This document shows, piece by piece, positions 24,501 to 35,548 of a DNA stretch of 64,000 nt. Position numbers and translations under genes: made by a program. Source of the DNA: Thecamonas trahens ATCC 50062 (lineage: Eukaryota; Protista; Apusomonadida); assembly GCF_000142905.1 (NCBI RefSeq), contig NW_013657671.1:434001-498000 (forward strand), in the 5' to 3' direction. The notes under the pieces were generated by a model. The model searched no databases and had not been told where the DNA came from. It saw only the letters and a list, made by a program, of their open reading frames with translations. Every line of letters begins with the position of its first letter. Within the stretch, counting starts at the first letter, position 1.

Positions 24501-24944
24501 AAGGCGTTTGCAGAAGAGCGGTACATGCGGCAGCACGAGCGCGATACACACTCTGCTGCGGCGCAGGCTGCGTGCTCCGTGTGTGGCAAAACGTTCAAGG
24601 CGATCCAGTACCTGCAGCAGCACCAGCGCGATGCGCACTTCATGTCGACAATGCCCAAAGTTGCCGAGAGCAGCAAGACGTCCAAGACGACCAAGAACCT
24701 GCCACAGCACCAGCGCGACTTGCATCAGGGAACACCAAAGTACGAGTGCGGTGTGTGTGGCAAGCGGTTCAAGGCACCCAACTACCTGGGGCAGCACCAG
24801 CGCGACATGGGCCACACCGCCGCGACGCAATCGGCCGGTGTCTCGTCACTCGATGTTCTCCAGGCGCTGGTGTGCACGCGGTGCGGACTGGCTACGTCGT
24901 CCATGGCCGAGCTCCGGGCGCATATCAAGAGTTGCAATCAGTGA
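21563..24944 (+). CDS. Multi-C2H2 zinc finger protein with Gly/Ala-rich repeat linker; frame breaks within a tandem repeat
   Basis: Many CxxC-x12-H-x3/5-H fingers in ORF 21539-24091 (N half) and ORF 22548-24944 (C half). The frame switches inside the 36-bp repeat. Confidence 0.8.
23549..23876 (+). repeat. 36-bp coding tandem repeat (GGLAGASGLAAG), about 8-9 copies, some with indels
   Basis: Unit TTGCGGGCGCAAGCGGCCTCGCGGCTGGGGGCGGCC (23701, 23737...). Confidence 0.9.
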
Positions 24945-25034
24945 AAGTCATTGACACGGCCCGCAGTTTACGTTTGGGGAGAAAGAAGTGAGGGGGCAGT
25001 GGGGAGGGCGAGGTTGGGAAGCTCAGACAAGTCG

Positions 25035-26087
25035 TTACTCGGCAACAATCTCACCGTCGGCGCTGCCGCTCTCGAAAGGGGCGTGCTTCTCGTCGATGTG
25101 GATGTCGAGTGCGGTCTGCGAGGCAAACTTGCGGTAGCACGAGGGGCAGGGGAGGCCAGCAGCGCGGTCGTCGAGGATGATGACTCCGTCGTGGTCCACA
25201 GCGCCGTGGTGGCGGTTGATGCCGTGGCGCGAGCCAAAGACGCGGTCACAGGTCTCGCAGACGTAGGCAGCGCCGCCAGCAGGCTCATCGGCATGGCCGG
25301 TGACGTGCAGATGGCGGGCGAGGCCGCGGGCCGAGACGCAGACCTTCTCGCAAGCGTGGCACTCGTACGGGCCGCCGTCGTCGACGACGGCCGGGGCAAA
25401 GGCGGCCACGCCCTCACCCGTGTGGCCCTTGGCCTGCTGGTGGCGCTCGAGGCCGCGGGACGAGACCAGGGCCTTACCGCATGAGCAGACGTAGGCGCCG
25501 ACAGGGGCGTCAGCGTTGGCGCCGCCGTCGGCGCTGGCGTCGTGGCCAGTGGCCTCGCAGTGGCGCTCGAGGCCGCGGGCAGAGGCAAAGGAGCGTCCGC
25601 AGGCGCCGCAGGAGACGGTGAGCGCCTGGGCGGCATGCGGGGTCAAGGTCATGCCCTCATGGCCCTTGGCTTCCTGGTGGCGCGAGAGGCCATGCTCCGT
25701 GGCAAAGCCACGGTCGCACTCGGCACAGAGGTACGATCCGCCCGAGCCCTGCTGACGGCCACGCGAGCGACGGGCGCCCCCCGAGGCAGCAGCCTGCGGA
25801 AGCTCGGCGACGTCGAGAACGGGACCCTCTGCGTGGCCCTTAGCCTCGCAGTGGCGGCTGATGCCGCGGGGCGAGGCAAAGGTGCGCGGGCACTCGGCGC
25901 AAGTATAGGGGCCACCGGTGGGGCCGTTCCTCCGAGAGCGGCGGCGAGGTGCAGCACCAGAGCCCGAGCCTGTGACATCAGACCCATCGCCGTGCTTGGC
26001 AGCCGTGTGGCGGGTGAGGCCCTGCGCAGAGGCAAAGGACCGGTCGCATTGCGGGCACTGGAACTCGAGGTCGTCGTACACGTCCAT
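25035..26087 (-). CDS. C2H2 zinc finger protein (about 8 fingers, many ending H-x4-GH)
   Basis: CPQCDRSFASAQGLTRHTAAKH, CAECPRTFASPRGISRHCEAKGH and similar. Confidence 0.88.
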   Translation of the reverse strand: MDVYDDLEFQCPQCDRSFASAQGLTRHTAAKHGDGSDVTGSGSGAAPRRRSRRNGPTGGPYTCAECPRTFASPRGISRHCEAKGHAEGPVLDVAELPQAAASGGARRSRGRQQGSGGSYLCAECDRGFATEHGLSRHQEAKGHEGMTLTPHAAQALTVSCGACGRSFASARGLERHCEATGHDASADGGANADAPVGAYVCSCGKALVSSRGLERHQQAKGHTGEGVAAFAPAVVDDGGPYECHACEKVCVSARGLARHLHVTGHADEPAGGAAYVCETCDRVFGSRHGINRHHGAVDHDGVIILDDRAAGLPCPSCYRKFASQTALDIHIDEKHAPFESGSADGEIVAE

Positions 26088-26209
26088 GATGGGGTGGAGG
26101 TGGAGGGGAAGGGTGGGGGGGGGGGGGGGGGGGGGAGGGAGGGGAGGGGAGGGTGGAGGGAGGAGGGAGGGAGGAGGCGGGGTAGGGGGAGGGGGTCGTC
26201 CGGAGTAGT

Positions 26210-26656
26210 NNNNNNNNNNNNNNNNNNNNNNNNNNNNNNNNNNNNNNNNNNNNNNNNNNNNNNNNNNNNNNNNNNNNNNNNNNNNNNNNNNNNNNNNNNN
26301 NNNNNNNNNNNNNNNNNNNNNNNNNNNNNNNNNNNNNNNNNNNNNNNNNNNNNNNNNNNNNNNNNNNNNNNNNNNNNNNNNNNNNNNNNNNNNNNNNNNN
26401 NNNNNNNNNNNNNNNNNNNNNNNNNNNNNNNNNNNNNNNNNNNNNNNNNNNNNNNNNNNNNNNNNNNNNNNNNNNNNNNNNNNNNNNNNNNNNNNNNNNN
26501 NNNNNNNNNNNNNNNNNNNNNNNNNNNNNNNNNNNNNNNNNNNNNNNNNNNNNNNNNNNNNNNNNNNNNNNNNNNNNNNNNNNNNNNNNNNNNNNNNNNN
26601 NNNNNNNNNNNNNNNNNNNNNNNNNNNNNNNNNNNNNNNNNNNNNNNNNNNNNNNN
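26210..26656. other. Assembly gap (N run)
   Basis: Run of N. Confidence 0.99.
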
Positions 26657-26771
26657 GTTCCCCATGTACGAATCACTCGTTCCGCCCCCTCCCCTCCCCC
26701 CAACCGCCACCCCCACACCCACACCCACACCCACACCCACACACACCCACATCCACACCCCACCGCACTCA

Positions 26772-28894
26772 ATGGCCCAACGGAAGCGCAGTCGCGGGAC
26801 CAAGCGCAGACCCCCGACGGCAAGCGGGCGGACGACCGGGGGGGCGACCGGGGAGGTGGAGGAGCTGGACATGGTGGTGGCAGAGGTGACGGAGGCGGCG
26901 GAGGAGGAGGAGGCGGTGGGGGCGGCGGGCAGGCGGCACACCATGGCGGAGCAGGTGTCGGGACTGGTGGGGCTGGTGGGGCTGGTGAGGGTGTGGTGCC
27001 TGCGGCGGCGACTGCGGCGGCGATGGGAGCGTACAACGCGTCGTTTCTCGCTTACGCAGCCTCGCGCATGGCCGCCTCGCCGCTCCCGGGTGTCCGTATG
27101 GCCTCGCCGCCGCTGCTCCCGGGTGAGCTCCCGCACGCGGTGACATTTATGCTCGGCGGCGGGAGTGCGGCTCTTGCTGCGGGGCGCACTGGTGGTGGTG
27201 GTGGCGGGGCAGCGGCGGCGGCGGCGGTGGCAGAGGCTGCCGCCGCCAACGCAGAGGCCAACGCCGTCCTCGCGCAGGTCCTGCTCGGCTCGGACGGCAC
27301 GCCGCTAGTCTTTCCGGGTAATCTGCACGCGCGCGAGTGGGCCGAACTTGACGAAGCCGAGACTGGCGAGATTGTGGCCGGCGAGGTCGTCGACACCATT
27401 GTGACGCGTGCACTGGACACGGTTTACAACTCGATCATCTCGGCTCAGATCATTCCCTTTGCCACACGGTCCATTGCCGAGCAGGCGGCGCGAGTCGTCA
27501 ACCTCATTGACGTCCGCCGCGACGAGGGCGAACCGCAGCTTAGCGATCTCAACGCCCTCCCGCCCGGCCCGCTGCAGAACCCACGCCATCCCCTTGCGCT
27601 CTGGATGCCCGACGACGAACCGCCGCCGCCGCCCATCGACGCCTGGGCCTGTGGCGCCCTGCCGGTTGTCTCGTGGGACACGCTTCTTGAGACCTCAGTC
27701 GCCACCCGCAAGGTCACCGCCGCCAAAAAGGCCGTCCTCACAGCCCTCGCCTCGGGCGCCGGCCCGGAGACCCCGTCGCTCGGCGGTGGCGGGAGCAGTG
27801 GCGCACTCGCCACCCCGTCGGCGCCGCTCACCGCCAGCAAAGCACCTCCGAGCGCGCTGCGCTACGTCGAGGGCCCGACGTCGCCGCGCTCGGCTGAGCG
27901 CGCCCGCAAGGCCCGCGCCGTGGCGGGCGCACGGCAGGAGGAACTTGCCGCCCAGGCCGCCCGCCAGGCCGCCGCCGCTGAGCGCGCCGCCGCATCGGGC
28001 ACCGACTCGGCCACCCGCGTCTCGCGTCGGACGGCGCTTGGCTCGGCCCCGCCGCCGCGGCATGTCCCCCCGCCGCTCGACCCGGCTGCCCGCGCCCGCA
28101 AGGAGGCCGAGGCCCGCCAAGCCGAGCGCGACGCCGAGCTCACCAACCGCCGCGCCGCCGAAGACGCTGAGCGCCTCGCCCGCGCCCGCAAGGTCGAAAC
28201 CCTCCGCCACGCCCGCCGAGAGTTTACCTTTGACCACCGCGGTGAGATTGTGCCGCTCAACAGGCCCAAAGCCAAGGCTCTTCCGCCGGCCACCATCCAG
28301 CCGCTCTTTGCCGTCGCCGCCGCGCCGCTGCCGGTCCTCGACGACGGCGCCGCCCGCCGCACTCCGCGCGCGGCAGCGGGCTCGGCCAAGCGGCCCAAGC
28401 GGAGAAAGAAGGAGAGCGAGCCACCGCCACCCAACCCGCTCTTTGCCGTCGAGGACGCCATGGCCACAGCCTCGTTTGAAGAGTCGGTCAAGACCGCGCC
28501 CGTCGCTACAGACGCCATCAAGCTCGCGCCGGGCGTCGTCCTCAAGACCGGCGAGCGGACCCGCGCCGGGCCACGGAGACGAACCGAGAAGAAGAACCAG
28601 TACTCGCGCGAAGAGTACGCAAAGCTGGTGGCCCGCGGCCCCGGCGCCGCCCGCCGCGGCACGCTCCCGGCTGCTGAGCGCACCGGGCCGGGCGCGAGAG
28701 CGCAGCAGGCTCCTCCCAGCCTAGCCTCCCGCCGCGAAAGGATGGCCAAGCAGCCGTCCGGCCTCCGCGCCCGTAGACGATCATCGATTTCGCTCTCGCG
28801 CCGCGGAGCCGCAGGAGCCGGCGGGCACAAGCCGGCCCCACACGCTCCACCTGCTACAGCCAAGCGGGTCACTCTCCCGCCACTGAACACGTAG
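26772..28894 (+). CDS. C2orf81/DUF4639-like protein; 5' end uncertain, possible frameshift ~26840
   Basis: PGNLHAREWAELDEAETGEIVAGEVV...QIIPFA...RDEGE...WMPDDEPPPPPIDAWACGALPV resembles the conserved C2orf81 N-terminal block as I recall it. The ATG at 26772 is in another frame, separated by a G7 run. Confidence 0.65.
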
Positions 28895-28951
28895 ACGGCA
28901 GCTGCGGTTGCCCCCCAGCTGTCGGGCTTCGAGTTTACGCAAAGTAGAACC

Positions 28952-31900
28952 TCACGGCAGGTCGCCGACGTGGACGGTGCATGTAAAGTGGCCGCCGAGC
29001 GCCTTGGACGCCTTTTTGGCCGCCAACTTGGCCTGGCTGCCCCAGTTGTCGAGCTTTGAGTTGTTGCGCAGGTCGATGGTGTCGAGCGACTCGGTGGTCT
29101 CGACGAGCTCGAGCAGCGTCGACTTGTGCTCCTTGGTGCCCTTGAACTTGTTGCCGGTGAGCCAGAGCTTTTGCAGGCGCGTGTTCGTCTTGAGGGCGTC
29201 AAAGAGGGCAATGGCGCCGACGTCGGCGATCTTGCACTCGTCAAGGCGAAGGATCTCGAGAAAGACGCGGTTCTGGGCCAGAGCGTGAGAGAGAGCCTCG
29301 GCACCGGCGTCGCCAAACGAGGCACCCGAGAGATTGAGCTTCTTGAGCGAGATGTTCCGCTCAAGGTGGCTGGCGAGTTCGTCAGCAATCTCCTTGCCGG
29401 CCTTGTTGTCGGCGAGGTTGAGCGAGAAGAGCGTCGAGTTGGAGCCGACGGCGGCGAGGATGGCCGAGACTCCGTCAGAGCCGAGCTTGTTGTTGGCGAG
29501 GTTGAGCGCCGTGAGGTTGCCGAGCGACGACGAGCCGAGCGCGCCCGCAAACTCGGTTGCCCACGACGCGTCGAGCTTGTTCCCGGCGAGGCCGAGGTGG
29601 CAGAGCGAGTTGCGCTGCGAGACGCCCTCGAGCAAGGGCGCGAGTGCCTTTTTGCCGAGCTTAGCCTCGTTGAGCGAGAGCTTGACCAGTCCGGTCGCCA
29701 CCCTCTCGGCCAGCGCCGTCGCCACCTTGGCCGGCACGTCGCACTCGTCAAGGAGCCACGAGCGGACCGTCGATCGCTCGGTTGCGAGCTTGAGCAGGAC
29801 CTTGGCCGCCGACGACCCGATGATGTTGCCCGAGAGGTTGACCTCAGACACACCGCGCCCGCGTTCGAGCGCCTCCAGCACCTCGGTCGTCCCGCGGTCA
29901 GACATGTCGTTGTACGAGAGGTCGAGCGTATCCATGGCTGTGTTGGCAAAGACGCGCCGCGCTGCAGCCTCGGCGCCGGCGTCCGAGAGCCCCACATGGT
30001 GCGCCCGCCACTCCTTGGTCACGTGTCCCGACCGGTCGTTGATTGACTTGACAAGATCCTCCATGCCCGCCGCACCCATCGGGTTGTACGAGACGTCGAG
30101 GACCGAGAGCGGCGTGAGCGGCCGCATCGCCGACGCCACCTTGCCCCACTCACCGCCGGAAATGCCGTTGTTCGCCAACGAGAGCTCCTCGATGTTGAGC
30201 AGATGGGCCAGGTCACGCCCGCCAAACTCGGAGAAGAAACGCGCGACCGCATCGAGGTTTCGGCTCTCGCCGCCGAGCGAAGCCGACGAGAGATCAATCT
30301 TGGAGACCCGCAGCGACTCGGCAAAGTACACTCGCGGGAACGGCGGGGTGTACGAGAGAGCCTCGACAAGCGCGCGCCCGACATGCTCGAGGTACGCCGC
30401 CACCTCGGACGATCCCGTGAGGTCGAACGCCGTCAGTGGCGCCGCCGCGTCCTCGGCTGCGTTGATGCACTCCTCCAGCGGCGGATACGGCTCGAGCCCG
30501 GCCCGCTCCAGCCGCTTGTGCAAGAAGGCCCGGAACGCCTCGAGCCGCGTCAGGAACGGCGCGTCCGGCATCCGCCGGTACCCGCCGCCAAATGCCGGGA
30601 GGCTCGATGACGGCGGCTCGTACACCAGCCACGCCCGCGGCAGCGGCTCGTCCACGGCAGGCAGCGCCGAGGTGAGCGCATACGCCGGGCCCGGGTTCTC
30701 CGTCAGCATGTTGAGCGCCATCCAGGTCGCAATCTCAGACACAACTTCGTCGCGGAGGCTCGGCGTCTCCACAAGATGCAGCGTGACGCTGATGCTAGAG
30801 GCTGACGGCCCGCCCGATTCAGCGTCGCTCGCGTCGGCGATCTGGCGCCGGAGGGTGAGCGTCAGCTGCCCATCCGCGCCGGTCGTCATGCCAGTGATCG
30901 AGCCATATGGCAGGAACTGGGCGTACCGCGGAGGCGGCAGCGCGTCGTTCATCACAATCATGATGCCGTCATGCGTAAGCGCCATCTTGCCGGTCACCAG
31001 CGGATCGACTTGGGTCGTCACCGAGATAGGCCGCGACATGCCGTAGCGCGGAAGCGAGTAGCAGACGGAAAGGAACATGCGCATGAGCTTCGACTTGGAC
31101 AGCTCGTCAACCGCGCTCGCCACGTTGACTACCCGCGTCACAAGATAGCCTACCGGGAGCTTGGCCGCAATGAGTGCCGGCGGGAGAACCGTCCGCAGCA
31201 GCGACTTGACAAACGACTGGACCTTTGGCCGGCTCTTAATCGAGCCGCACCCGACAACAACCCGGATGCCTGCCAGCCGGAATGCGACGCCATGCGACGG
31301 GAGCGCCCACAGTCCCGCCGACACATTCTCCACCGCGGCAAGGTACGCCAGTGAGAGCGTCGACTCGGACGTCGCAAGCAGGTAGTCCGAGAGCGGCTTC
31401 TCATGCGCCATCCGCACCACAAGCACGTCGTCGCCGCCGAGCGTCAGCGACGAGACCAGCGTCGCGTCATCGAGCGGCTTGGCGTCGACCGGCGACTTGC
31501 CGAGCGTAATCCGGAACGCTTCGGGGTACGGAATGTCCAGCTGCGCCGCGAGCGAGACCAGCAGCGAGCCGACCGTGGCGGTCGCCGGATCGTAGTCGAC
31601 CGAGTACGACGATTTGCACTGCGGCTTCATAATCATCGCCGTCGCCCCGGTCCCTGCCGGTGGCGCAGCCTCCAGGATGCTTGCCCGCTGCGTAAACGAG
31701 GTCTTGAGTGCGGCCACAGCTTTGGCCAGCTTAGGATCCAGATGGGCCGCGCCTGACTCGTCATCCATGCCAGTCATGGAAGTGATCGTGACTGGGGCCG
31801 ACGCTGACGCCGACGCCGACGCCGACGCAGACGCAGACGCAGACGCCGAGCTGGTGGCGGTCGCGGTCGCGGATGCCGGCTTGGCTGTCGCCTTGGTGGA

Positions 31901-32761
31901 GGAGGTCGTGGTCTTGGCCCTGGGCTCGGCCTCGGCCTTGGGCTCGGCCTCGGCCTTGGGCTCGGCCTCGGCCTTGGGCTCGGCCTTTGCCTTGGGCTCG
32001 GCCTTTGCCTTGACTGTATCGGCCTCGACAGTGTCGGCTGACCCATCCGGTCCGCCGTTGTCAGCATCGTTACCGGCATCGGTGCCAGCATCGGTACCAG
32101 CATCGGTTCCTTCGCCAGCGGCAGCCTTTGCGCTCGCCTTCTTGGTAACCTTCTTCTTCTTGATCACTTTCTTGGTCCCCTTCTTCTTGATCACCTTTTT
32201 CTTGATCATCTTCTTCTTGACCACCTTCTTCTTGACCACCTTCTTCTTGCCGGCATCGCTACCGGCTCCACCCTCGCCCTCGCCACCAGCACTGGCAGCC
32301 GACGCCGAAGCGGCGCCGGTGTCACCGGCGGCGGCGGTAGACTTCTTCCGAGCAGCCTTGAGCAGGGCGGTTGCGGTCTTGCCGTCGTTGTTCTTCAGCG
32401 ACTTGTCAGCGCCGGCCTTGAGCAGGGCAGCAGCAATGGAAGAGGCCTCTGCTGCGCATGCGAGGTGAAACGCGGTGTTACCGTCGTTGTTGACTTGGTC
32501 GATGTCCAGGCCGAGCTTGAGGACAGCGGTGACCATCTTGGACTTGCCCGACTCGACAGCCGCATGCAGAGCTGTGTTGCCAGTCCCCTCCTCCACAGCC
32601 TCTGTCACGCTCTTCTTACCACTTGCCTTGACAAGCTCGATGAGGTCTGTAGCCCTCCAGCCGCACCCGCAATGTGAGTTGACGGCCTTCTTCGACACCC
32701 GGCCGTGATCGCCCTTTTGATCGGTGGCTGTTCGATCACACACCCGATTGGCCAACGCCAT
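28952..32761 (-). CDS. Ankyrin repeat + FERM-like + RNI-like LRR protein
   Basis: Ankyrins GNTALHAAV, GNTAFHLAC, GKTA; Lys-rich and PKAEAE linker; FERM-like (AFRLAGIRV, FLSVCYSLPRYG); many LxxLxLxxNxxG LRRs. Confidence 0.8.
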   Translation of the reverse strand: MALANRVCDRTATDQKGDHGRVSKKAVNSHCGCGWRATDLIELVKASGKKSVTEAVEEGTGNTALHAAVESGKSKMVTAVLKLGLDIDQVNNDGNTAFHLACAAEASSIAAALLKAGADKSLKNNDGKTATALLKAARKKSTAAAGDTGAASASAASAGGEGEGGAGSDAGKKKVVKKKVVKKKMIKKKVIKKKGTKKVIKKKKVTKKASAKAAAGEGTDAGTDAGTDAGNDADNGGPDGSADTVEADTVKAKAEPKAKAEPKAEAEPKAEAEPKAEAEPRAKTTTSSTKATAKPASATATATSSASASASASASASASASAPVTITSMTGMDDESGAAHLDPKLAKAVAALKTSFTQRASILEAAPPAGTGATAMIMKPQCKSSYSVDYDPATATVGSLLVSLAAQLDIPYPEAFRITLGKSPVDAKPLDDATLVSSLTLGGDDVLVVRMAHEKPLSDYLLATSESTLSLAYLAAVENVSAGLWALPSHGVAFRLAGIRVVVGCGSIKSRPKVQSFVKSLLRTVLPPALIAAKLPVGYLVTRVVNVASAVDELSKSKLMRMFLSVCYSLPRYGMSRPISVTTQVDPLVTGKMALTHDGIMIVMNDALPPPRYAQFLPYGSITGMTTGADGQLTLTLRRQIADASDAESGGPSASSISVTLHLVETPSLRDEVVSEIATWMALNMLTENPGPAYALTSALPAVDEPLPRAWLVYEPPSSSLPAFGGGYRRMPDAPFLTRLEAFRAFLHKRLERAGLEPYPPLEECINAAEDAAAPLTAFDLTGSSEVAAYLEHVGRALVEALSYTPPFPRVYFAESLRVSKIDLSSASLGGESRNLDAVARFFSEFGGRDLAHLLNIEELSLANNGISGGEWGKVASAMRPLTPLSVLDVSYNPMGAAGMEDLVKSINDRSGHVTKEWRAHHVGLSDAGAEAAARRVFANTAMDTLDLSYNDMSDRGTTEVLEALERGRGVSEVNLSGNIIGSSAAKVLLKLATERSTVRSWLLDECDVPAKVATALAERVATGLVKLSLNEAKLGKKALAPLLEGVSQRNSLCHLGLAGNKLDASWATEFAGALGSSSLGNLTALNLANNKLGSDGVSAILAAVGSNSTLFSLNLADNKAGKEIADELASHLERNISLKKLNLSGASFGDAGAEALSHALAQNRVFLEILRLDECKIADVGAIALFDALKTNTRLQKLWLTGNKFKGTKEHKSTLLELVETTESLDTIDLRNNSKLDNWGSQAKLAAKKASKALGGHFTCTVHVGDLP

Positions 32762-33165
32762 GGCTCGGCGGCGAGCTCGCCGCTGCCGCCCGCTCTGGCA
32801 GAGGTGGAAGAGATGACTGGTGGATAGGAAGGTGTGGGGGGGCGTACTCTTGAGGTTGCCGCTGCGGGCCACCGCAATGGCGTCGGTGGGGGCAGCGTCT
32901 GACATGTGGGAGAGAAAAGTGCCTTTGCCAATGTCGGGGTTGGCGACGTTGGAGAACCGCCAGCGGCAAGCGGCGAATCGGCGGGTGTGCTGCGGCGCCA
33001 TAGTGGGGATGGGGATAGGGTTGGGGAAAGGAGCGGCGGAGAGAGCAACGATCTCTGCTGTTTACCGAACAAAAGATATGTGTGTGCGGGGGGGGAGGGG
33101 GGGGGGGGCGAGATCTGGCGCAAACCAGACCAAGCCGATGGGATCTGCGCTGCGTGGGACAGCGT

Positions 33166-34731
33166 CTACTCGAAGCACTTGTTGAAGGCCTGGGTCTCGC
33201 CGCCCTGGACAAGGCGGGTGATGGGCAGGTAGGAGGGGCGGTTCTGGTTGGTGAGGTACTCCATGGCGTGCGGCATGGCATTGTAGCGCTCGCCGTAGGA
33301 CGCGCCCTCGCCGATCCAGATGAAGACCTCGATGCCGGTGTCGAGGATAAAGACGTCGTCAGACTCGAGCATGTCGGTGCTGAGCGGGGCGTCGGCGACC
33401 TTGTCAAAGGTGAGCTCGCCCGAGTCGTCGGTGAGCTTCCAGAGCGACGGCTCCGGGGCCGGGTCGGACGGGGCGTGGTCCTCAGTTGAGATCTCGGCCT
33501 CGCCGCCAAGCAGCTCCCAGAACTCGGGCGAGAGCGGCTCGCCCATCTCGGGCTGGCCGTCGCGGTCGGAGCGGATGGCTGCGACAACTTCAGCGGCCTT
33601 GTGCTTCTCAAAGGCCGAGGCCATCTCGCCCTCAAACTGGTAGAGAGTGAGGCCAGCGTCGAGGACAAAGACGTCGTGCTGGTTGAGGGAGGCGGCCTCG
33701 AGCGCAACCTGTGAGACACGGGTGTTCTTGCCGACCTTCTTGACATGCAGCAGGCGCGGGGTGTACGACTCGGGCTCGACGTGGCGGAAGCCCGAGTCGA
33801 TACCGCCGGCGAGGACCTGGATGGCCGGGTTGAAGGCGGCGAGGAACGACGACGACTCGTGGTCCTGAACCTCACGGTGCTGCACCGCCGCGTCGTCGAG
33901 CAAGTTGTCAAGCTCGACGGTCTTGTACGCCGCAGTCCCCATCTCGTCGACCGAGGTCTCGGCGCCGAGCCAAAAGTGGATGTCCCACTTGAGCGTCCCG
34001 TCCTCGTTCTCGGTGGTGAGGAGGATGATGTACGAGTCGCCGCCGTAGAACTTGCCGTGGTCAGCCGCGTCGATCTTCTTCACCTCAAACTTCTCGATCC
34101 GCCAGATCTCGATACCCGGCGCGGCACCAGCGCCCTCCCACGCCGGCTCGGTCTCAGCCGCCGCCTTGCGCGCCGCGCGGTCCTCCGCCGACCCGATGTT
34201 GGCCACGTTCGAGTCTTCGAGGTCAGCTTGGCCGACCGGCTGCCTCCGCCCAACGTCGATGATCAATGTGAGTATGTTAGAGAGAGAGCTTGCAACCCGC
34301 GACACACTCGCTGACCTGACCACCAAGAAGCGGGAGACGAGCCACGCCACTGGGTATATGCCCCTGTTTCTTGCAGAGAGGGCGAGAGGACATCATCCAC
34401 GGCTCAGGTAGAGCAGAGCGAGCAAGATGTGGCTGCTTGGTCGCCTTGCTGAGCCTGTCGTGTCACATGTACGTTCTTTGACTTCGCAAGAATTTCTTCG
34501 GTTGCCACCGCAACCACCGCAGCAAACGCGACCGGCCAAAGGGGCAGCAGAGCAAGGGGAAGACGGGGAGGAGGAGGGGGAAGAGAGAGAGAGAAGGTGG
34601 GAGAGAGAGAGAGAGGTGGTGGATTCATGGTAGCGTGTACGTACTCCGGCTGCACGGTGGTGAATCTTCTGCTGGATGGTCTTGGAGGCTTCGGAGAGCT
34701 TGGCCGAGAGCTTGTTGAAGAACGACGACAT
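33166..34731 (-). CDS. Three-domain gelsolin-family actin-severing protein (severin/fragmin-like); exons 34731-34645, 34239-33166
   Basis: PGIEIWRIEKF, GKFYGGDSYIIL, IHFWLG, GTAAYKTVELD, QHREVQDHES, PRLLHVK, DDVFILDTG; phase-0 GT-AG intron. Confidence 0.9.
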
Positions 34732-35548
34732 TTTGTTCGGTGGTGACAGAGTCAGGTGATGGACGTTATGTTTGTGGTCGGAGCGGGGGGGGGGGGGGGG
34801 AGGGGGGGGGGTATGAACCCATCCGATCCCCCCACACACACATACACACAAAGACACACGCAGCCTGCTCGCTGTTTCTCGAGAAGGCGGAGAACGAGAT
34901 GTAATGTTTTTAGAGTGGCTATGTTTGATGGTTGAGACTGCCGCAAGTATCCGTTATCGCTTTGGAGCTGGCTGCATCCATTTCTCGCGACTGTGGTCGA
35001 GGACAATCGCAGCAGGTGTCTTGCTCTTGTTTCTGATCTCAGCAGAAGTTCGGCACCGACGAGAACAACATCGTCTCATATATCAACAGCTCTTTCGCTC
35101 TCATACATCTCGATCACGCTCAACTTACTTCCTTTTCGCAACTTAGAGGGGGGAAGTCACTATCGCCAAGCACCAGTTTACATGATCTCGTTTTTATCAT
35201 CCGATGCCCACACTTAACCCTTCTCACACCTCATCGCCCCCTCCCCCTCTCCCTCCCATCCCGCTCATCCTCCCACCAGACCACCACATGTCCCCCCCTC
35301 TTTCCTACCCCTCTATAATGCTCTCTATCCCAGATCGCATCGAAATCACATCATACCACTCGCCATCGCTTCCTTGTCAATCAAAGAGATTCTGACCAGA
35401 ACCATTGCAACGCAACCTCCCACTCCGACCCCTCCCCGCCCCCCCCCCCCCACTCCGCCCCCTGCACCCGCTCCCCTCCTCCCTCAGCCACTCCTCTCTT
35501 CCCCCCACACCCCCACACGGCCCCTCCCGGCACTTCCCGGCACCGGCC

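Noticed and set aside
34760-35540. Possible gene or RNA between gelsolin and MAP3K
   Set aside because: Low-complexity pyrimidine-rich divergent promoter region with no supportable feature.
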